64,000 nt of DNA from a virus (taxonomy: Duplodnaviria > Caudoviricetes). Made by a program: the position numbers and the translations under genes. Below the pieces are notes generated by a model that saw nothing but the letters and a program-made list of their open reading frames with translations, was not told the origin of the DNA and searched no databases. Positions within the stretch are counted from its first letter, which is position 1, and each line of letters opens with the position of its first letter. Positions 10,151-20,182 of this stretch are shown piece after piece. The stretch lies in IMG/VR virus record IMGVR_UViG_3300035180_001680. One strand, given 5' to 3'.

Positions 10151-10799
10151 AACATATCAAGTTGAAGCGACAAAAGCGGAACAAATGAAACGCGTATGTA
10201 AGCCAAGCCAAGCAACACACACCAACATTTATTTAACTCAGTCTCTAAACCCATTTCGTGTTAACTTTGATGTAAACTTGGAGGGATACATACTTCAACA
10301 CAGATTTTCAACTTCTTTTGATATAGTAAAAAGTACCAACAAACGAAGTACTATATTTACACGAAGTGGTGATTTAAATGTTGGTGATGGAAAATCCAAT
10401 GGGACAATAATCGGTATATTGTTCTTTGATGAACCATCTTACCAACACGCTAAATCAAATTATGATAAATTTTGGGAATGGAAACTTAATCGAAATTCAT
10501 CTCGATCAGCATTAGAGGAACAATTTGGATACGATACTAAACATGCAATGCATCTTGTGCGTTTGTTGCGGATGGGTCACGAAGCATTAACAGAAGGTGT
10601 GATTAGAGTTCGACGCCCTGATGCTCAAGAATTACTATCAATTCGAGCTGGCGCTTGGACATATGAGCAAGTCGTGGAATATGCAGAACACATGAACGCA
10701 GAAGTGGATAAAGCGCTGAAAACATCGCAACTTCGAAAAGATGTAGATTTAATTCAAGTTACAAAGCTGATTATGGATGTGCAAAATTCGGTCTGGTAA
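10122..10799 (+). CDS. Nucleotidyltransferase, C-terminal part
   Basis: WEWKLNRN..LEEQFGYDTKHAMHLVRLLRMG..VRRPDAQELLSIR. Confidence 0.85.
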   Translation: MVTSLEQLFKTYQVEATKAEQMKRVCKPSQATHTNIYLTQSLNPFRVNFDVNLEGYILQHRFSTSFDIVKSTNKRSTIFTRSGDLNVGDGKSNGTIIGILFFDEPSYQHAKSNYDKFWEWKLNRNSSRSALEEQFGYDTKHAMHLVRLLRMGHEALTEGVIRVRRPDAQELLSIRAGAWTYEQVVEYAEHMNAEVDKALKTSQLRKDVDLIQVTKLIMDVQNSVW

Positions 10800-10857
10800 A
10801 ATGTGTAGCTTCCTTGTTCTTTTTATAAATAACTTTGAAGAACAAGGAATTACTTTT

Positions 10858-11343
10858 ATGGTCGAAACATCTAAAGATTTTTTAATTGAAATCATAGATA
10901 CGTTAAACAAGCGTAATTTTGTATATCAACGTGTTACAAACGGTATCGCTAAAAAAATAGATTTTGTTTTTGAAGCAATCATTGAACATTTAAATCAGAA
11001 CGCCCATGAGATGGAATGGGAAAGCATTGAAGTGTCTGATGATTTACTTGTCGTCGTCGCAAAAATTCCAGGTGAAACAGCCAAACAACAAAACGTGTTG
11101 TCTGTTGGAGTTCCTCTTGAAGTTATAAAAACACAATCAAAGGAAAAAGTTTTAGAGTTTTTTGTACAAGCTGAAGCTTTAAGAGTGACAAGAGAAAAAG
11201 AATTAATGGAACTTATTAAGAATTATACAGAAGACATTTCAATGGTTTATGATTCTTTTGATGATGTTGACAATTTAGAAGAAGACGGTGATAATGATAT
11301 GGAAATAGAGAAAAAATCTGTTCCCAAACGAACATTACACTGA
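10858..11343 (+). CDS. Hypothetical protein
   Basis: ORF with AAGGA RBS and TATAAATA upstream. Confidence 0.7.
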   Translation: MVETSKDFLIEIIDTLNKRNFVYQRVTNGIAKKIDFVFEAIIEHLNQNAHEMEWESIEVSDDLLVVVAKIPGETAKQQNVLSVGVPLEVIKTQSKEKVLEFFVQAEALRVTREKELMELIKNYTEDISMVYDSFDDVDNLEEDGDNDMEIEKKSVPKRTLH

Positions 11344-11344
11344 A

Positions 11345-11809
11345 ATGCAACGACCATTAGAATTATTACACGAAAACGTTACAAACATTGTCCGCATACT
11401 CGATGTGTATGAACAATACCTAGACAATTACAAAGACCACCTTCGACTTCAAGGTAAAAATTTAGTTGTAGCAAATAATGAACAACCTGGGTGGTTAGTT
11501 TATTATGATTCCAGACGTTCAGAATTAAAATCTGCTTTAGAATATATGGAAGTTCAAGTTCAGAAAGTTCGAGGGAAATTATGGAAAGATTACACAGAAA
11601 ATTACTCTAGAGAACTTCAAGCAAAAGACAAAGAACAATACATAAACCATGAACCAACATACCTTGATACGTATGAATTATATCTCGAACTAAAAGACTT
11701 ATACGAACAATACGTTTCTGTAGTCGATGCATTTAAGGCTCGGGGATATGCATTAAATAACATTACAAGAATAGTCAGTTCAGACATGGCTGATTATATG
11801 ATAGATTGA
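11345..11809 (+). CDS. uvsY: Recombination mediator UvsY-like
   Basis: Helical 154 aa, KDKEQYIN..DAFKARGYALNNI, directly before uvsW. Confidence 0.7.
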   Translation: MQRPLELLHENVTNIVRILDVYEQYLDNYKDHLRLQGKNLVVANNEQPGWLVYYDSRRSELKSALEYMEVQVQKVRGKLWKDYTENYSRELQAKDKEQYINHEPTYLDTYELYLELKDLYEQYVSVVDAFKARGYALNNITRIVSSDMADYMID

Positions 11810-13317
11810 TGGACATAAAACACTTTGTTGAGCAAACATACGCCAAGTCAGTCACGATAACACTAAAAAACGAAGTTCAGTGTATTGTGTCTGGTCTTCA
11901 TCCTGACGATTCAAAATATTTTGAGGATCAATTCGCCTATTTGTCTGAAGGGTATTTTTTTAAACCAAAATATAAGCTAGGTGTGTGGGATGGCAAAGTT
12001 CGTTTCTTTACATCAGCTGGTAACACCTATAATCATTTATTAGATCAAATAATTCCAACAATAAAATCATTTGGATATAAAATCAAATTAAATGATAAAC
12101 GTGTTGGTGTATTTGAGGAAGTCGATCCTATAGACAAAGACTATTTTCAACACATTACAAATCCAAAGACCAATGAACCATATCAGATTAGACCATATCA
12201 GATAGAAGCTGTTAATAAATTAACAGCTGATGGTGGAGGGATCGTTGTTGCAGCAACTTCGGCAGGAAAAACTACAATAAATGCAGCCCTTGTTGACTTG
12301 TACGGTAAAAAGGGTTTACGCTCAATTACGGTAGTTCCCAATATTTCTCTTGTATCTCAAACAACCAAAGCGTTCCGAGCTTTTGAGTTAGACGTGGGAG
12401 AATATAGTGGTGATTTAAAAGACACCAATCACCTCCACGTTGTGTCAACGTGGCAAGCGTTACAATATAATCCAAAAATGGTAAGTGAGTTTGATGTCCT
12501 TGTAATAGATGAATGTCAAGGTGCTAAAGCAAATGTTATTGGAACTTTAATTAAAGAATATGGCAAAAATATTGCTCATCGGTTCGGTTTAACAGGAACA
12601 TTTCCAAAAAATAAAGCTGATGCAATGACCATTAACACAAGTCTTGGATTTATAAAGTATACTATTCCAGCAGAAGTGTTAATAAAAGATGGATGGTTGG
12701 CGACCCCTAATATTACTATAATTCAGCTCGATGACCAAGATCGTTTTAATCAATTATTACGAGAAACAAGCAAACCTAACAATGATACGGAAAAATTTAC
12801 TTACGATAACGAAACTGCGTTTCTCCAACAAGATAAAGTTCGATTGCAGTGGATTGCAGATTTTGTTATCGAAAAAGGTTCTGCTTATAAAGGAAATGTC
12901 TTGTGTTTGGTTAATTCCATTAAGATAGGAAAAAAATTATCGAAGATTATTCCAAGTTCGAAGTTTTTGTATGGTAAAGATAAACAAAAAGTTAGACAAG
13001 CAGTTTATGATTTATTTGAGACGTTTAATGACCTTATAGTAATTGCTACAGTGCAAATTGCAGGGGTAGGGTTAAGTATTGATAGAATCTTTAATTTAAT
13101 ATTCATTGATGGTGGAAAATCTTTCGTTCGTGTTATCCAAGCAATAGGAAGGGGGCTTCGTATAGGAAAAGATAAGGACAGTGTTGACATAATTGATATA
13201 TGTGGAAACCTCGAATATTCTCGACGGCATTTATCAGCTCGAATAAAATATTACAAAGAAGCTAAATATAAACACAAAAAAATTGTTGTAAATTACAATG
13301 AACTTGTTGATGTTTGA
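11806..13317 (+). CDS. uvsW: SF2 DNA helicase UvsW-like
   Basis: IRPYQ, ATSAGKT, DECQ, GLTGT, QAIGRGLR. Confidence 0.9.
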   Translation: MMDIKHFVEQTYAKSVTITLKNEVQCIVSGLHPDDSKYFEDQFAYLSEGYFFKPKYKLGVWDGKVRFFTSAGNTYNHLLDQIIPTIKSFGYKIKLNDKRVGVFEEVDPIDKDYFQHITNPKTNEPYQIRPYQIEAVNKLTADGGGIVVAATSAGKTTINAALVDLYGKKGLRSITVVPNISLVSQTTKAFRAFELDVGEYSGDLKDTNHLHVVSTWQALQYNPKMVSEFDVLVIDECQGAKANVIGTLIKEYGKNIAHRFGLTGTFPKNKADAMTINTSLGFIKYTIPAEVLIKDGWLATPNITIIQLDDQDRFNQLLRETSKPNNDTEKFTYDNETAFLQQDKVRLQWIADFVIEKGSAYKGNVLCLVNSIKIGKKLSKIIPSSKFLYGKDKQKVRQAVYDLFETFNDLIVIATVQIAGVGLSIDRIFNLIFIDGGKSFVRVIQAIGRGLRIGKDKDSVDIIDICGNLEYSRRHLSARIKYYKEAKYKHKKIVVNYNELVDV

Positions 13318-13364
13318 CCATTATTGAGTTATAATGTGTATTAACGATTATAATAAGGAAAATT

Positions 13365-13850
13365 ATGTTAATATATAATGACCAAACAGAACCAATGTTT
13401 ATTGAAAGTATTCACACTCCTCTCGATTCAACACACATGTGGGTTTTAGATGTAGAGTTGTATGATTATACATTAGCACCAATTTTAATGCTTGAGGAAA
13501 TTTATTCACCAGCAATAACTCTTGATGTGTTGGGTTTTCAATTTACTCTCCCATCAAACTGGTTTGTAGTAGTTTATGATTTAGAAACAACACAATTAGA
13601 CGTTGTACAGATTTCAGAGTTAACAGGACAAGTTCACACAATTTTAGGTGGTGGACCAAACATAACAAGAGCTGTCCCGATTTATGCCACTCCCGTTGAT
13701 TATAAACCATTATTTAAACACGTTGGTCCATCTCTCAATAAACACCAACTGTTGTGTCATCCAGTTGCCCCTGGGTATTGGATTAATGTATCCCCCATTG
13801 ATACATATAGTAAATATCTAAAAGAATCTATTGTGGGTGATTTGTGTTAA
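13365..13850 (+). CDS. Hypothetical protein
   Basis: 161-aa ORF with AAGGA RBS. Confidence 0.7.
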   Translation: MLIYNDQTEPMFIESIHTPLDSTHMWVLDVELYDYTLAPILMLEEIYSPAITLDVLGFQFTLPSNWFVVVYDLETTQLDVVQISELTGQVHTILGGGPNITRAVPIYATPVDYKPLFKHVGPSLNKHQLLCHPVAPGYWINVSPIDTYSKYLKESIVGDLC

Positions 13851-13862
13851 GGAGACAAACAA

Positions 13863-14372
13863 ATGCTAATTTATGATCCAAATTCTAATATTTCTGAACA
13901 TTTTAAAATGTATGAGGTAATGCAATCGAGCGTTGCTTCTAGGAATAATATCGACAACATTCCAACTTCACCAATTTTGGAAGCTGCTACTTTAACTGCA
14001 AAAAAAGTACTTGAACCAATTCGGAATTACTTCGGAATCCCATTTTCACCAAATTCTTGGTATAGAGGTGAATTGTTGGAAAAGTTTATTAATGAGATTC
14101 CATACAAACAGTGGTGTAATAGAAAAGGGTTAAGTGTTAACAAAGACTCGTGGCAACAATATTTTGTTTTAAAAAGTCATCCAAGGGGTGAAGCTGTAGA
14201 CATAAAAATTCCAGGAATAAAAAATGATGATTTGTTAAAATGGATTGCAGATAATATTGAATATGACCAATTAATTCGTGAATTTCCAAAACCGAATGAT
14301 CCTCATTCTGGTTGGGTTCATGTTAGTTTCTCCTCAACCCACAACAGACACGAACTTTTCACAATAGTTTAA
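13863..14372 (+). CDS. Peptidase M15 (Zn D-Ala-D-Ala type), possible lysin
   Basis: SWYR..SH..GEAVDI..YDQLI.E..WVHVS. Confidence 0.85.
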   Translation: MLIYDPNSNISEHFKMYEVMQSSVASRNNIDNIPTSPILEAATLTAKKVLEPIRNYFGIPFSPNSWYRGELLEKFINEIPYKQWCNRKGLSVNKDSWQQYFVLKSHPRGEAVDIKIPGIKNDDLLKWIADNIEYDQLIREFPKPNDPHSGWVHVSFSSTHNRHELFTIV

Positions 14373-14382
14373 GGAACACATT

Positions 14383-14748
14383 ATGTCGGAACAAAAAGAA
14401 GATACCATTTCATTAAAGGATTTTAAGTCTTGGCTCCAGGGAGTTGAGGATATGCAAGAGGATGATTGGATTCCTAATGCAGTACAGTGGAAAAAAATAA
14501 GATCGAAAATTAATTTACTTGATGATGCGCAACAAGCACCATATAGACAAAACAACTCACCTGTTGTGAATACCCCTCAATATATGAGTCCTATGCCTAT
14601 GCCTATGCCTATGCCATCCCCCTCACAGGGATTCAGTAGTGCTTTTGATACGTATATTCCACCACCTGCAGGTCCTTCGATTTTAGCATCACCCAAAACT
14701 CCAGATATTGATACTTCAGATGGCAGTTATCAAACAAGCTACCTGTAA
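14383..14748 (+). CDS. Hypothetical protein with (MP)n tract
   Basis: ORF; (CCTATG)4 at 14590-14613. Confidence 0.7.
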   Translation: MSEQKEDTISLKDFKSWLQGVEDMQEDDWIPNAVQWKKIRSKINLLDDAQQAPYRQNNSPVVNTPQYMSPMPMPMPMPSPSQGFSSAFDTYIPPPAGPSILASPKTPDIDTSDGSYQTSYL

Positions 14749-15277
14749 AACAAGATTAAAAGATAGAGATTTGTGGTTTGATGGAGACATTTCCGTGTCT
14801 CCCGAATTGCTTGTATCTATGTTAATGAAAGGAATCGATATAAATTCTCTGTTTACAACAGAGATTACACCAGATATTCGTCAATATAACAATCTTGCAA
14901 CTAGACAAATATCAGTTAAGGAAGGAATTAATTCGTTAAACTTTGAGTGGAATTTCGGTAAATCATATCAACAAATCGATATAGAAGACTTTGTTTTAGA
15001 GTGTTTAGAACAAGAGATTCAACATTTTTCAAAAAGTGAACAAAGTGTTCGTATTAAACGAACGATAAAAGAGTTAGAACTGTTTAAACAACACTCGTTT
15101 ATGACTGTTTTGAAATTGATGGTTTTTATAATCGATGTATTTGAACAACAAAATGTTGTGTGGGGAGTTGGACGAGGAAGTAGTGTATCATCATATGTTT
15201 TATATTTAATTGGTGTTCATGATATAGACAGTGTAGAATATAATCTTCCAATTGAAGATTTTTTCCATTATCACTAA
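14720..15277 (+). CDS. DNA polymerase III alpha (DnaE)-like, N-terminal fragment
   Basis: WGVGRGSSVSSYVLYLIGVHDIDSVEYNL resembles the DnaE GRGS motif. Confidence 0.8.
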   Translation: MAVIKQATCKTRLKDRDLWFDGDISVSPELLVSMLMKGIDINSLFTTEITPDIRQYNNLATRQISVKEGINSLNFEWNFGKSYQQIDIEDFVLECLEQEIQHFSKSEQSVRIKRTIKELELFKQHSFMTVLKLMVFIIDVFEQQNVVWGVGRGSSVSSYVLYLIGVHDIDSVEYNLPIEDFFHYH

Positions 15278-15310
15278 TTATAAATAAACTGTTAACAGAG
15301 GAGATAAGTT

Positions 15311-15532
15311 ATGGCAAAGCGTATTAGAAGTGCAAAAGGAGAAATGGTTGATTTTGATATTTTAACAATTAAACAACAGATTGCTGCTGGGAAAAGTAAA
15401 GCTGTCGTTGAACCAATTGTTGAAGTAAAGAGACAAGAGAATTTTATTGATAAGAGAAACAAACGTCGCATTGCGAAGGTTGTTAATAAACAACCCGATG
15501 ATGTTACAGAAACCGAACCAACAACTGAATAG
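15311..15532 (+). CDS. Hypothetical protein
   Basis: Late promoter and GAGGAG RBS upstream. Confidence 0.65.
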   Translation: MAKRIRSAKGEMVDFDILTIKQQIAAGKSKAVVEPIVEVKRQENFIDKRNKRRIAKVVNKQPDDVTETEPTTE

Positions 15533-15542
15533 TGGAGAAAAT

Positions 15543-15830
15543 ATGTTACGACCAATTGGAGATTCAATTATTTTTATATTTGAAGATGATGTAGATGAAA
15601 AAGGTTTTACCAATAAGACATCTGGTGGACTCATTTATAAGTCGTTTGATGTGGATGTTAAATCACCTCGTTGGGGGAAAGTAATTTCAGTTGGAGATAA
15701 AGTTGAAGAAATTCAACCAGGGATGACTGTTTTGATTGAACCACTACGTTGGACTGACGGGTTTAAACATGAAGATGTTAAATATTGGAAGACAGTAGAA
15801 AAAGAGATTATGGCTATAAGAGAAGAGTAA
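15543..15830 (+). CDS. groES: Co-chaperonin GroES-like
   Basis: MLRPIGD..TSGGLI..GKVISVG..G.TVL. Confidence 0.8.
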   Translation: MLRPIGDSIIFIFEDDVDEKGFTNKTSGGLIYKSFDVDVKSPRWGKVISVGDKVEEIQPGMTVLIEPLRWTDGFKHEDVKYWKTVEKEIMAIREE

Positions 15831-15831
15831 C

Positions 15832-16095
15832 ATGGAAAATTTGAATATGATTAACCAACGAACTTGGGAAGAATTCAGAGAAACCAAACTATTGTGGTGG
15901 ATAAATCGTTTGTTACATACTTTCGGTTGGGCTATTGTATATGATTTTGATTCGGACGGTCAACTTTTTTCAGTGTTTCCTGCTCGAGTCGACCCCCGTG
16001 GGTTTACTGAAAAGAGTGAAACAGAAGGTTTTATTGGATTGACTCAGTATATCAAAGACAATATATATACTTTAAATACTAAATGTATGGAATAA
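15832..16095 (+). CDS. Hypothetical protein
   Basis: Tightly packed ORF. Confidence 0.6.
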   Translation: MENLNMINQRTWEEFRETKLLWWINRLLHTFGWAIVYDFDSDGQLFSVFPARVDPRGFTEKSETEGFIGLTQYIKDNIYTLNTKCME

Positions 16096-16096
16096 T

Positions 16097-16984
16097 ATGT
16101 TTTTTATCGCAATTTTGTTTATTACTACGTTATCTATAGCTGGGACCGCAGCGTTTTTCAGTGTATATGGATTAGCACAGTTATTCCAGGGTATGATGAT
16201 CCCAGTTATGATTATGGGGGCATCACTAGAAGCAGGTAAACTTGTAACTGCTTCTTTTTTATATAGGTATTGGAATAAACTAAAGATTGGATTTCGGATA
16301 TATCTTGTAACAGCTGTTATAGTGTTAATGGCTGTTACTTCGATGGGTATATTTGGGATGTTGTCGTTGGGATATCAAGCTGATACTCTTCCGTTAAAAC
16401 AAGTCAATTCACAAATTAAATTATTGAATGAAGAGCAAATTCAACTAGCAACTCGTAAACAAGAGATTGATAAACAAATTGAATCACTTCCGGCAGATTA
16501 TGTAAAAGGTCGCCAGAAATTGATGAAAACGTTTGCCCCTGAATTAACTAGAATTAACAATCGGTTACCAGAAATTACAACCGAAACACAAAAATTAAAC
16601 ACACAATTGTTAACAACACAAGCACACGTTGGTCCCATCATATACATTGCTGAGGCGTTTGGTCAAGACGTTGATGATGCTACTAAGTATGTAATTTTAT
16701 TAATTATTGGTGTGTTCGATCCACTTGCAGTTGCATTAACAATCGGTGTTAACGTGGCAATTAGAATTCGAAAAGAAGAAAAACTTGAAGAAAAAATCGA
16801 AGACCAGATTATTGAAACTACAACTGAATCATCACCAACTTATAATGGGTTAACTTCTGATGAAATTAGGTTGTTGGTTGAAGATGAAATTAAAAAATCC
16901 CACCAAGAACAACCTACCAATCATCACCTTGACTCTCTTGCCAAAAAACAACAAATAGTTTCTGATTTAAGGTCATTTTCTTAA
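16097..16984 (+). CDS. Membrane protein with coiled coil
   Basis: Three N-terminal hydrophobic segments, coiled coil, later FDPLAV hydrophobic segment. Confidence 0.75.
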   Translation: MFFIAILFITTLSIAGTAAFFSVYGLAQLFQGMMIPVMIMGASLEAGKLVTASFLYRYWNKLKIGFRIYLVTAVIVLMAVTSMGIFGMLSLGYQADTLPLKQVNSQIKLLNEEQIQLATRKQEIDKQIESLPADYVKGRQKLMKTFAPELTRINNRLPEITTETQKLNTQLLTTQAHVGPIIYIAEAFGQDVDDATKYVILLIIGVFDPLAVALTIGVNVAIRIRKEEKLEEKIEDQIIETTTESSPTYNGLTSDEIRLLVEDEIKKSHQEQPTNHHLDSLAKKQQIVSDLRSFS

Positions 16985-16988
16985 TTTC

Positions 16989-17017
16989 TTGTCATTATTT
17001 AATTCTATGAGTATAAT
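16989..17017 (+). promoter_or_regulatory. Sigma70-type promoter
   Basis: TTGTCA-N17-TATAAT. Confidence 0.75.
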
Positions 17018-17038
17018 TATAGAATAATTACAGGAATA

Positions 17039-17971
17039 ATGTTTATGGCACTGGAAAAATTGTGGGTTGAAAAATACAGACCTCAAGTTCTCAAAGAATA
17101 TGTTTTTCATGACGAAAAACAACAACAAGCCTTTTCAAAGATGGTGGAACAAAAATCAATCCCACATCTGCTTTTGTCTGGAGTTCAAGGAACAGGTAAA
17201 ACTACTATTGCCCGAATTTTAATAAACGAATGTGATGTAGAAGAAACAGATATTCTTATTATTAATGCATCTGATGAAAACAGTGTAGATGTTATTCGAG
17301 ACAAGATTAAAGGATTTATTACAACTTACGCTTTGGGGGATTTTAAAGTTATTCTTCTTGAAGAAGCGGACTATATTACTCCAAACGGACAAGCTGTTCT
17401 TCGTGTTTTAATGGAAGAATATTCAAATGAAGCTAGATTTATTTTAACATGCAATTATGAAAACAAAATTATTCCAGCTATTCGTTCCAGGTGTCAACAT
17501 TTTAGATTTAAAGCCGGAGATAGAGATGACATTTCTGAATATGTAGCAACAATTTTAATACACGAAAAAGTAAAATTTGACCTACAAACCCTTGATAAAT
17601 TCATTTCAATTGGATATCCAGACATTCGAAAAATTGTTAACACAATGCAGCAACACACTCATAGTGGTGTTTTAACAATCCCCAGTTCCCAGGGAGAAGT
17701 TGGTGATTACAAATATGAGTTGTTGGATTTGATACAATTAGATAAATGGGTCAAAATGAGAGAAATTGTGTGTGGAAATGTTTCAGGAGAAGAATGGGAA
17801 GACTTATATAGATTTTTATATGAGAATCTTCACAGAGCACCAAAATTTGAAAACACACAAAGGTGGGAAGAAGGGATTATTATTGTAGCTGACCATCTAT
17901 ACAAACACACATTATCTGCAGACCCGGAAATAAATGCAGCTGCAATGTTTATAAAACTTGGACAATTATAA
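17039..17971 (+). CDS. Clamp loader AAA+ subunit (gp44/RFC-like)
   Basis: LWVEKYRP, GVQGTGKT, NASDE, EEAD, AIRSRC. Confidence 0.92.
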   Translation: MFMALEKLWVEKYRPQVLKEYVFHDEKQQQAFSKMVEQKSIPHLLLSGVQGTGKTTIARILINECDVEETDILIINASDENSVDVIRDKIKGFITTYALGDFKVILLEEADYITPNGQAVLRVLMEEYSNEARFILTCNYENKIIPAIRSRCQHFRFKAGDRDDISEYVATILIHEKVKFDLQTLDKFISIGYPDIRKIVNTMQQHTHSGVLTIPSSQGEVGDYKYELLDLIQLDKWVKMREIVCGNVSGEEWEDLYRFLYENLHRAPKFENTQRWEEGIIIVADHLYKHTLSADPEINAAAMFIKLGQL

Positions 17972-17982
17972 GGAGAGTAAAA

Positions 17983-18618
17983 ATGAATAAACCATTAACA
18001 ATAAAAGATATTAAAAGTCTAATGTCTACGTCTAGTATTGACGAGATAACTGCCAATATTGAAAATCGTGAATTTAACGATTTTTATAATAAGTGGTCTG
18101 ATATTACATTTGATAAAAAACAAGAAATGTATGAACAAACAAGCAAACAATCTTTTAGAGATTGTATTGCATCAAGACCTAAAACTGCTGCTAGACCGAT
18201 AACAAGACAAAATACTACATCATCTCATCCGGTGGTGACCAGTGGAACAAGTACAACAGGTAGTTTTTCGTATGAAGATTTTCAACTAGATTTTCAACAA
18301 AGTGTTAAGTATATTGATAACTTTAATCCTTTTGAAGTATCGTATGTTCCACCATCAACAACAAAAGACTTTTTCATTACTTCTCATTCCAATAGTTGGG
18401 GTTCACAAGTAGAAACTCTTCTAAAGGGTCAAACTAAAGATGATAACATTATTCATATTAAAAGTGAAGCAGCACAAGAATTGGATGAATTGCGAACTAT
18501 GCTAAACATCCCACAGGGTGAGTCTGTAGTTTCTTTTATAAAAGAAAAATTTTGTCCAGATTACGAAAAACTACGTTCTGATCCTGAAATTATTTCTTCA
18601 ATAATGAAAACTTTTTAA
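17983..18618 (+). CDS. Hypothetical protein
   Basis: ORF with AAGGAG RBS. Confidence 0.65.
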   Translation: MNKPLTIKDIKSLMSTSSIDEITANIENREFNDFYNKWSDITFDKKQEMYEQTSKQSFRDCIASRPKTAARPITRQNTTSSHPVVTSGTSTTGSFSYEDFQLDFQQSVKYIDNFNPFEVSYVPPSTTKDFFITSHSNSWGSQVETLLKGQTKDDNIIHIKSEAAQELDELRTMLNIPQGESVVSFIKEKFCPDYEKLRSDPEIISSIMKTF

Positions 18619-18629
18619 TAGGAAATATA

Positions 18630-19019
18630 ATGTCAAGAATGAAAAAGCCCGAAAATGAGACAGAAGAACAAGTTAAGATTCGACATATTTTTGAATCTGT
18701 TTCCAATCATGCGACTCGTAGCGAGAAAACCGCTTGGGAGCGCAAACGGACCAACATGGATAAGTTAATTAAACAATTGAGTCCACTGGAAGACAAGATT
18801 ATGGAGATACGGGCAAAAATGGAACCCATCTATGATGAAATTGCTGAACTTCGAACGTTAATGGTTGAAGAGTGTATTCATCCGTTTGATATGTTGCTGT
18901 ATAATGATGACCAAACTATTCGTTGTAAATTTTGTGAGAAATTGTTAAAACCAACAGAAACAACCGAACGAATAACCGAAACAGCATTGGATATTCCAAA
19001 TGGAACCAAAAAAGTATAA
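18630..19019 (+). CDS. Hypothetical coiled-coil protein with CxH..CxxC
   Basis: ORF. Confidence 0.65.
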   Translation: MSRMKKPENETEEQVKIRHIFESVSNHATRSEKTAWERKRTNMDKLIKQLSPLEDKIMEIRAKMEPIYDEIAELRTLMVEECIHPFDMLLYNDDQTIRCKFCEKLLKPTETTERITETALDIPNGTKKV

Positions 19020-19467
19020 ACTTGATATCTTTACTACGTTACAACAGATAAATCTCAAACGAGTATTCTTTTATAATGATTTAACTGATGAAGAACGAAA
19101 AGGATTTCAACCATTAGTAACAATGAGGTGGATGTCTGGAACGAAGTCTTCGTTCCAGATTATTCTGTTGAATGAATTGGTTAATCCTTTCGTGTTTTCA
19201 TTATCTAATCATAAAGAGTTGTTGTATAAATTAATGACCATCTGTGCAACCAAACCACAACATTACAGTTGGTTAAAGATGCAAGATAAACAACACAAAT
19301 ATAAACAGAGCTTGAGTCTTATAAGTAAACAATATGGCTACAGTTCTACACAGGCTAAAGAGGTGTTTCCATTGTTTTCAACGGAAGATATCCTCGATAT
19401 GGCCGAAACTCAAGGATTACAAAAAGAAGAATTAGTTAAACTAAAAGCAGAACTAAAGACGCGATGA
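19000..19467 (+). CDS. Probable second clamp-loader subunit (gp62-like)
   Basis: Small helical protein LDIF..FQPLVTMRWMS close to the gp44-like gene; family recalled, not verified. Confidence 0.5.
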   Translation: MEPKKYKLDIFTTLQQINLKRVFFYNDLTDEERKGFQPLVTMRWMSGTKSSFQIILLNELVNPFVFSLSNHKELLYKLMTICATKPQHYSWLKMQDKQHKYKQSLSLISKQYGYSSTQAKEVFPLFSTEDILDMAETQGLQKEELVKLKAELKTR

Positions 19468-20141
19468 AAGAAAAACCCTTTGAATGTTCGTTTTGTGGAG
19501 CTTCATTCGTTCACGAGACAAGGTATCTGAAACATAAGTGTGAGAAGATGCAACGTCATGAAGATATTAAAAGTACAATCGGGCAAAGTGCATACATGCT
19601 TTATCAAATGTGGTTTACAACAAAAAAGAAAACTGCCCCATCTATTGAGTCTTTCATAAATTCAAGGTATTACAAACCATTTGTGAGATTTGCAGAGTTC
19701 GTAAAACGTGTTCGTTTACCTGAACCCGAATTATACATTAAATTAATGAATGAAAACGGTGTATCACCTTCCATGTGGACTATGAATGAGATGTATGGAC
19801 AGTTCCTTGAATTTCTTGACCGGAAATTATCTCCCAAAAAACAAGCTGGTATTACTATCCGAACTATGGAAAAAGTTGCGGATGCTGCAGAATGTGAAAT
19901 ATATCAAATATTTGACGTATTAACTGGTTCGGATATTATCCAATTAATCAGAGAACGGAAATTATCTCCTTGGGTTTTATTGAGAAGTAGGAAGTTTATG
20001 GTTAAGGTTGAATTGATGTCTAAGGAAGAACAACAAATTGTTGAAAGCCTAATTCGTGTAGATTATTGGAAACAAAAGTTTCAAAACAGACAACCCGAAA
20101 AAGCTTATATGGATAAATTAGTTAAAGAGTTGGACTTATAA
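19464..20141 (+). CDS. Hypothetical protein with N-terminal Zn finger
   Basis: FECSFC..F..E..YLKHKC. Confidence 0.7.
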   Translation: MKEKPFECSFCGASFVHETRYLKHKCEKMQRHEDIKSTIGQSAYMLYQMWFTTKKKTAPSIESFINSRYYKPFVRFAEFVKRVRLPEPELYIKLMNENGVSPSMWTMNEMYGQFLEFLDRKLSPKKQAGITIRTMEKVADAAECEIYQIFDVLTGSDIIQLIRERKLSPWVLLRSRKFMVKVELMSKEEQQIVESLIRVDYWKQKFQNRQPEKAYMDKLVKELDL

Positions 20142-20182
20142 ATAGTAAATATGATATGCAGCAATTAATGTGAGGAATTCAA

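Noticed and set aside
8900-10330. Group I intron or intein around the endonuclease in the NTase gene
   Set aside because: GATATAGT at ~10320 resembles an S element but I found no matching R element, it lies within the open C-half ORF, and there are no intein termini. Not excluded without a covariance search.
14590-14615. (CCTATG)4 as a phase-variation switch
   Set aside because: The hexamer unit keeps the frame; ordinary low-complexity Met-Pro linker.
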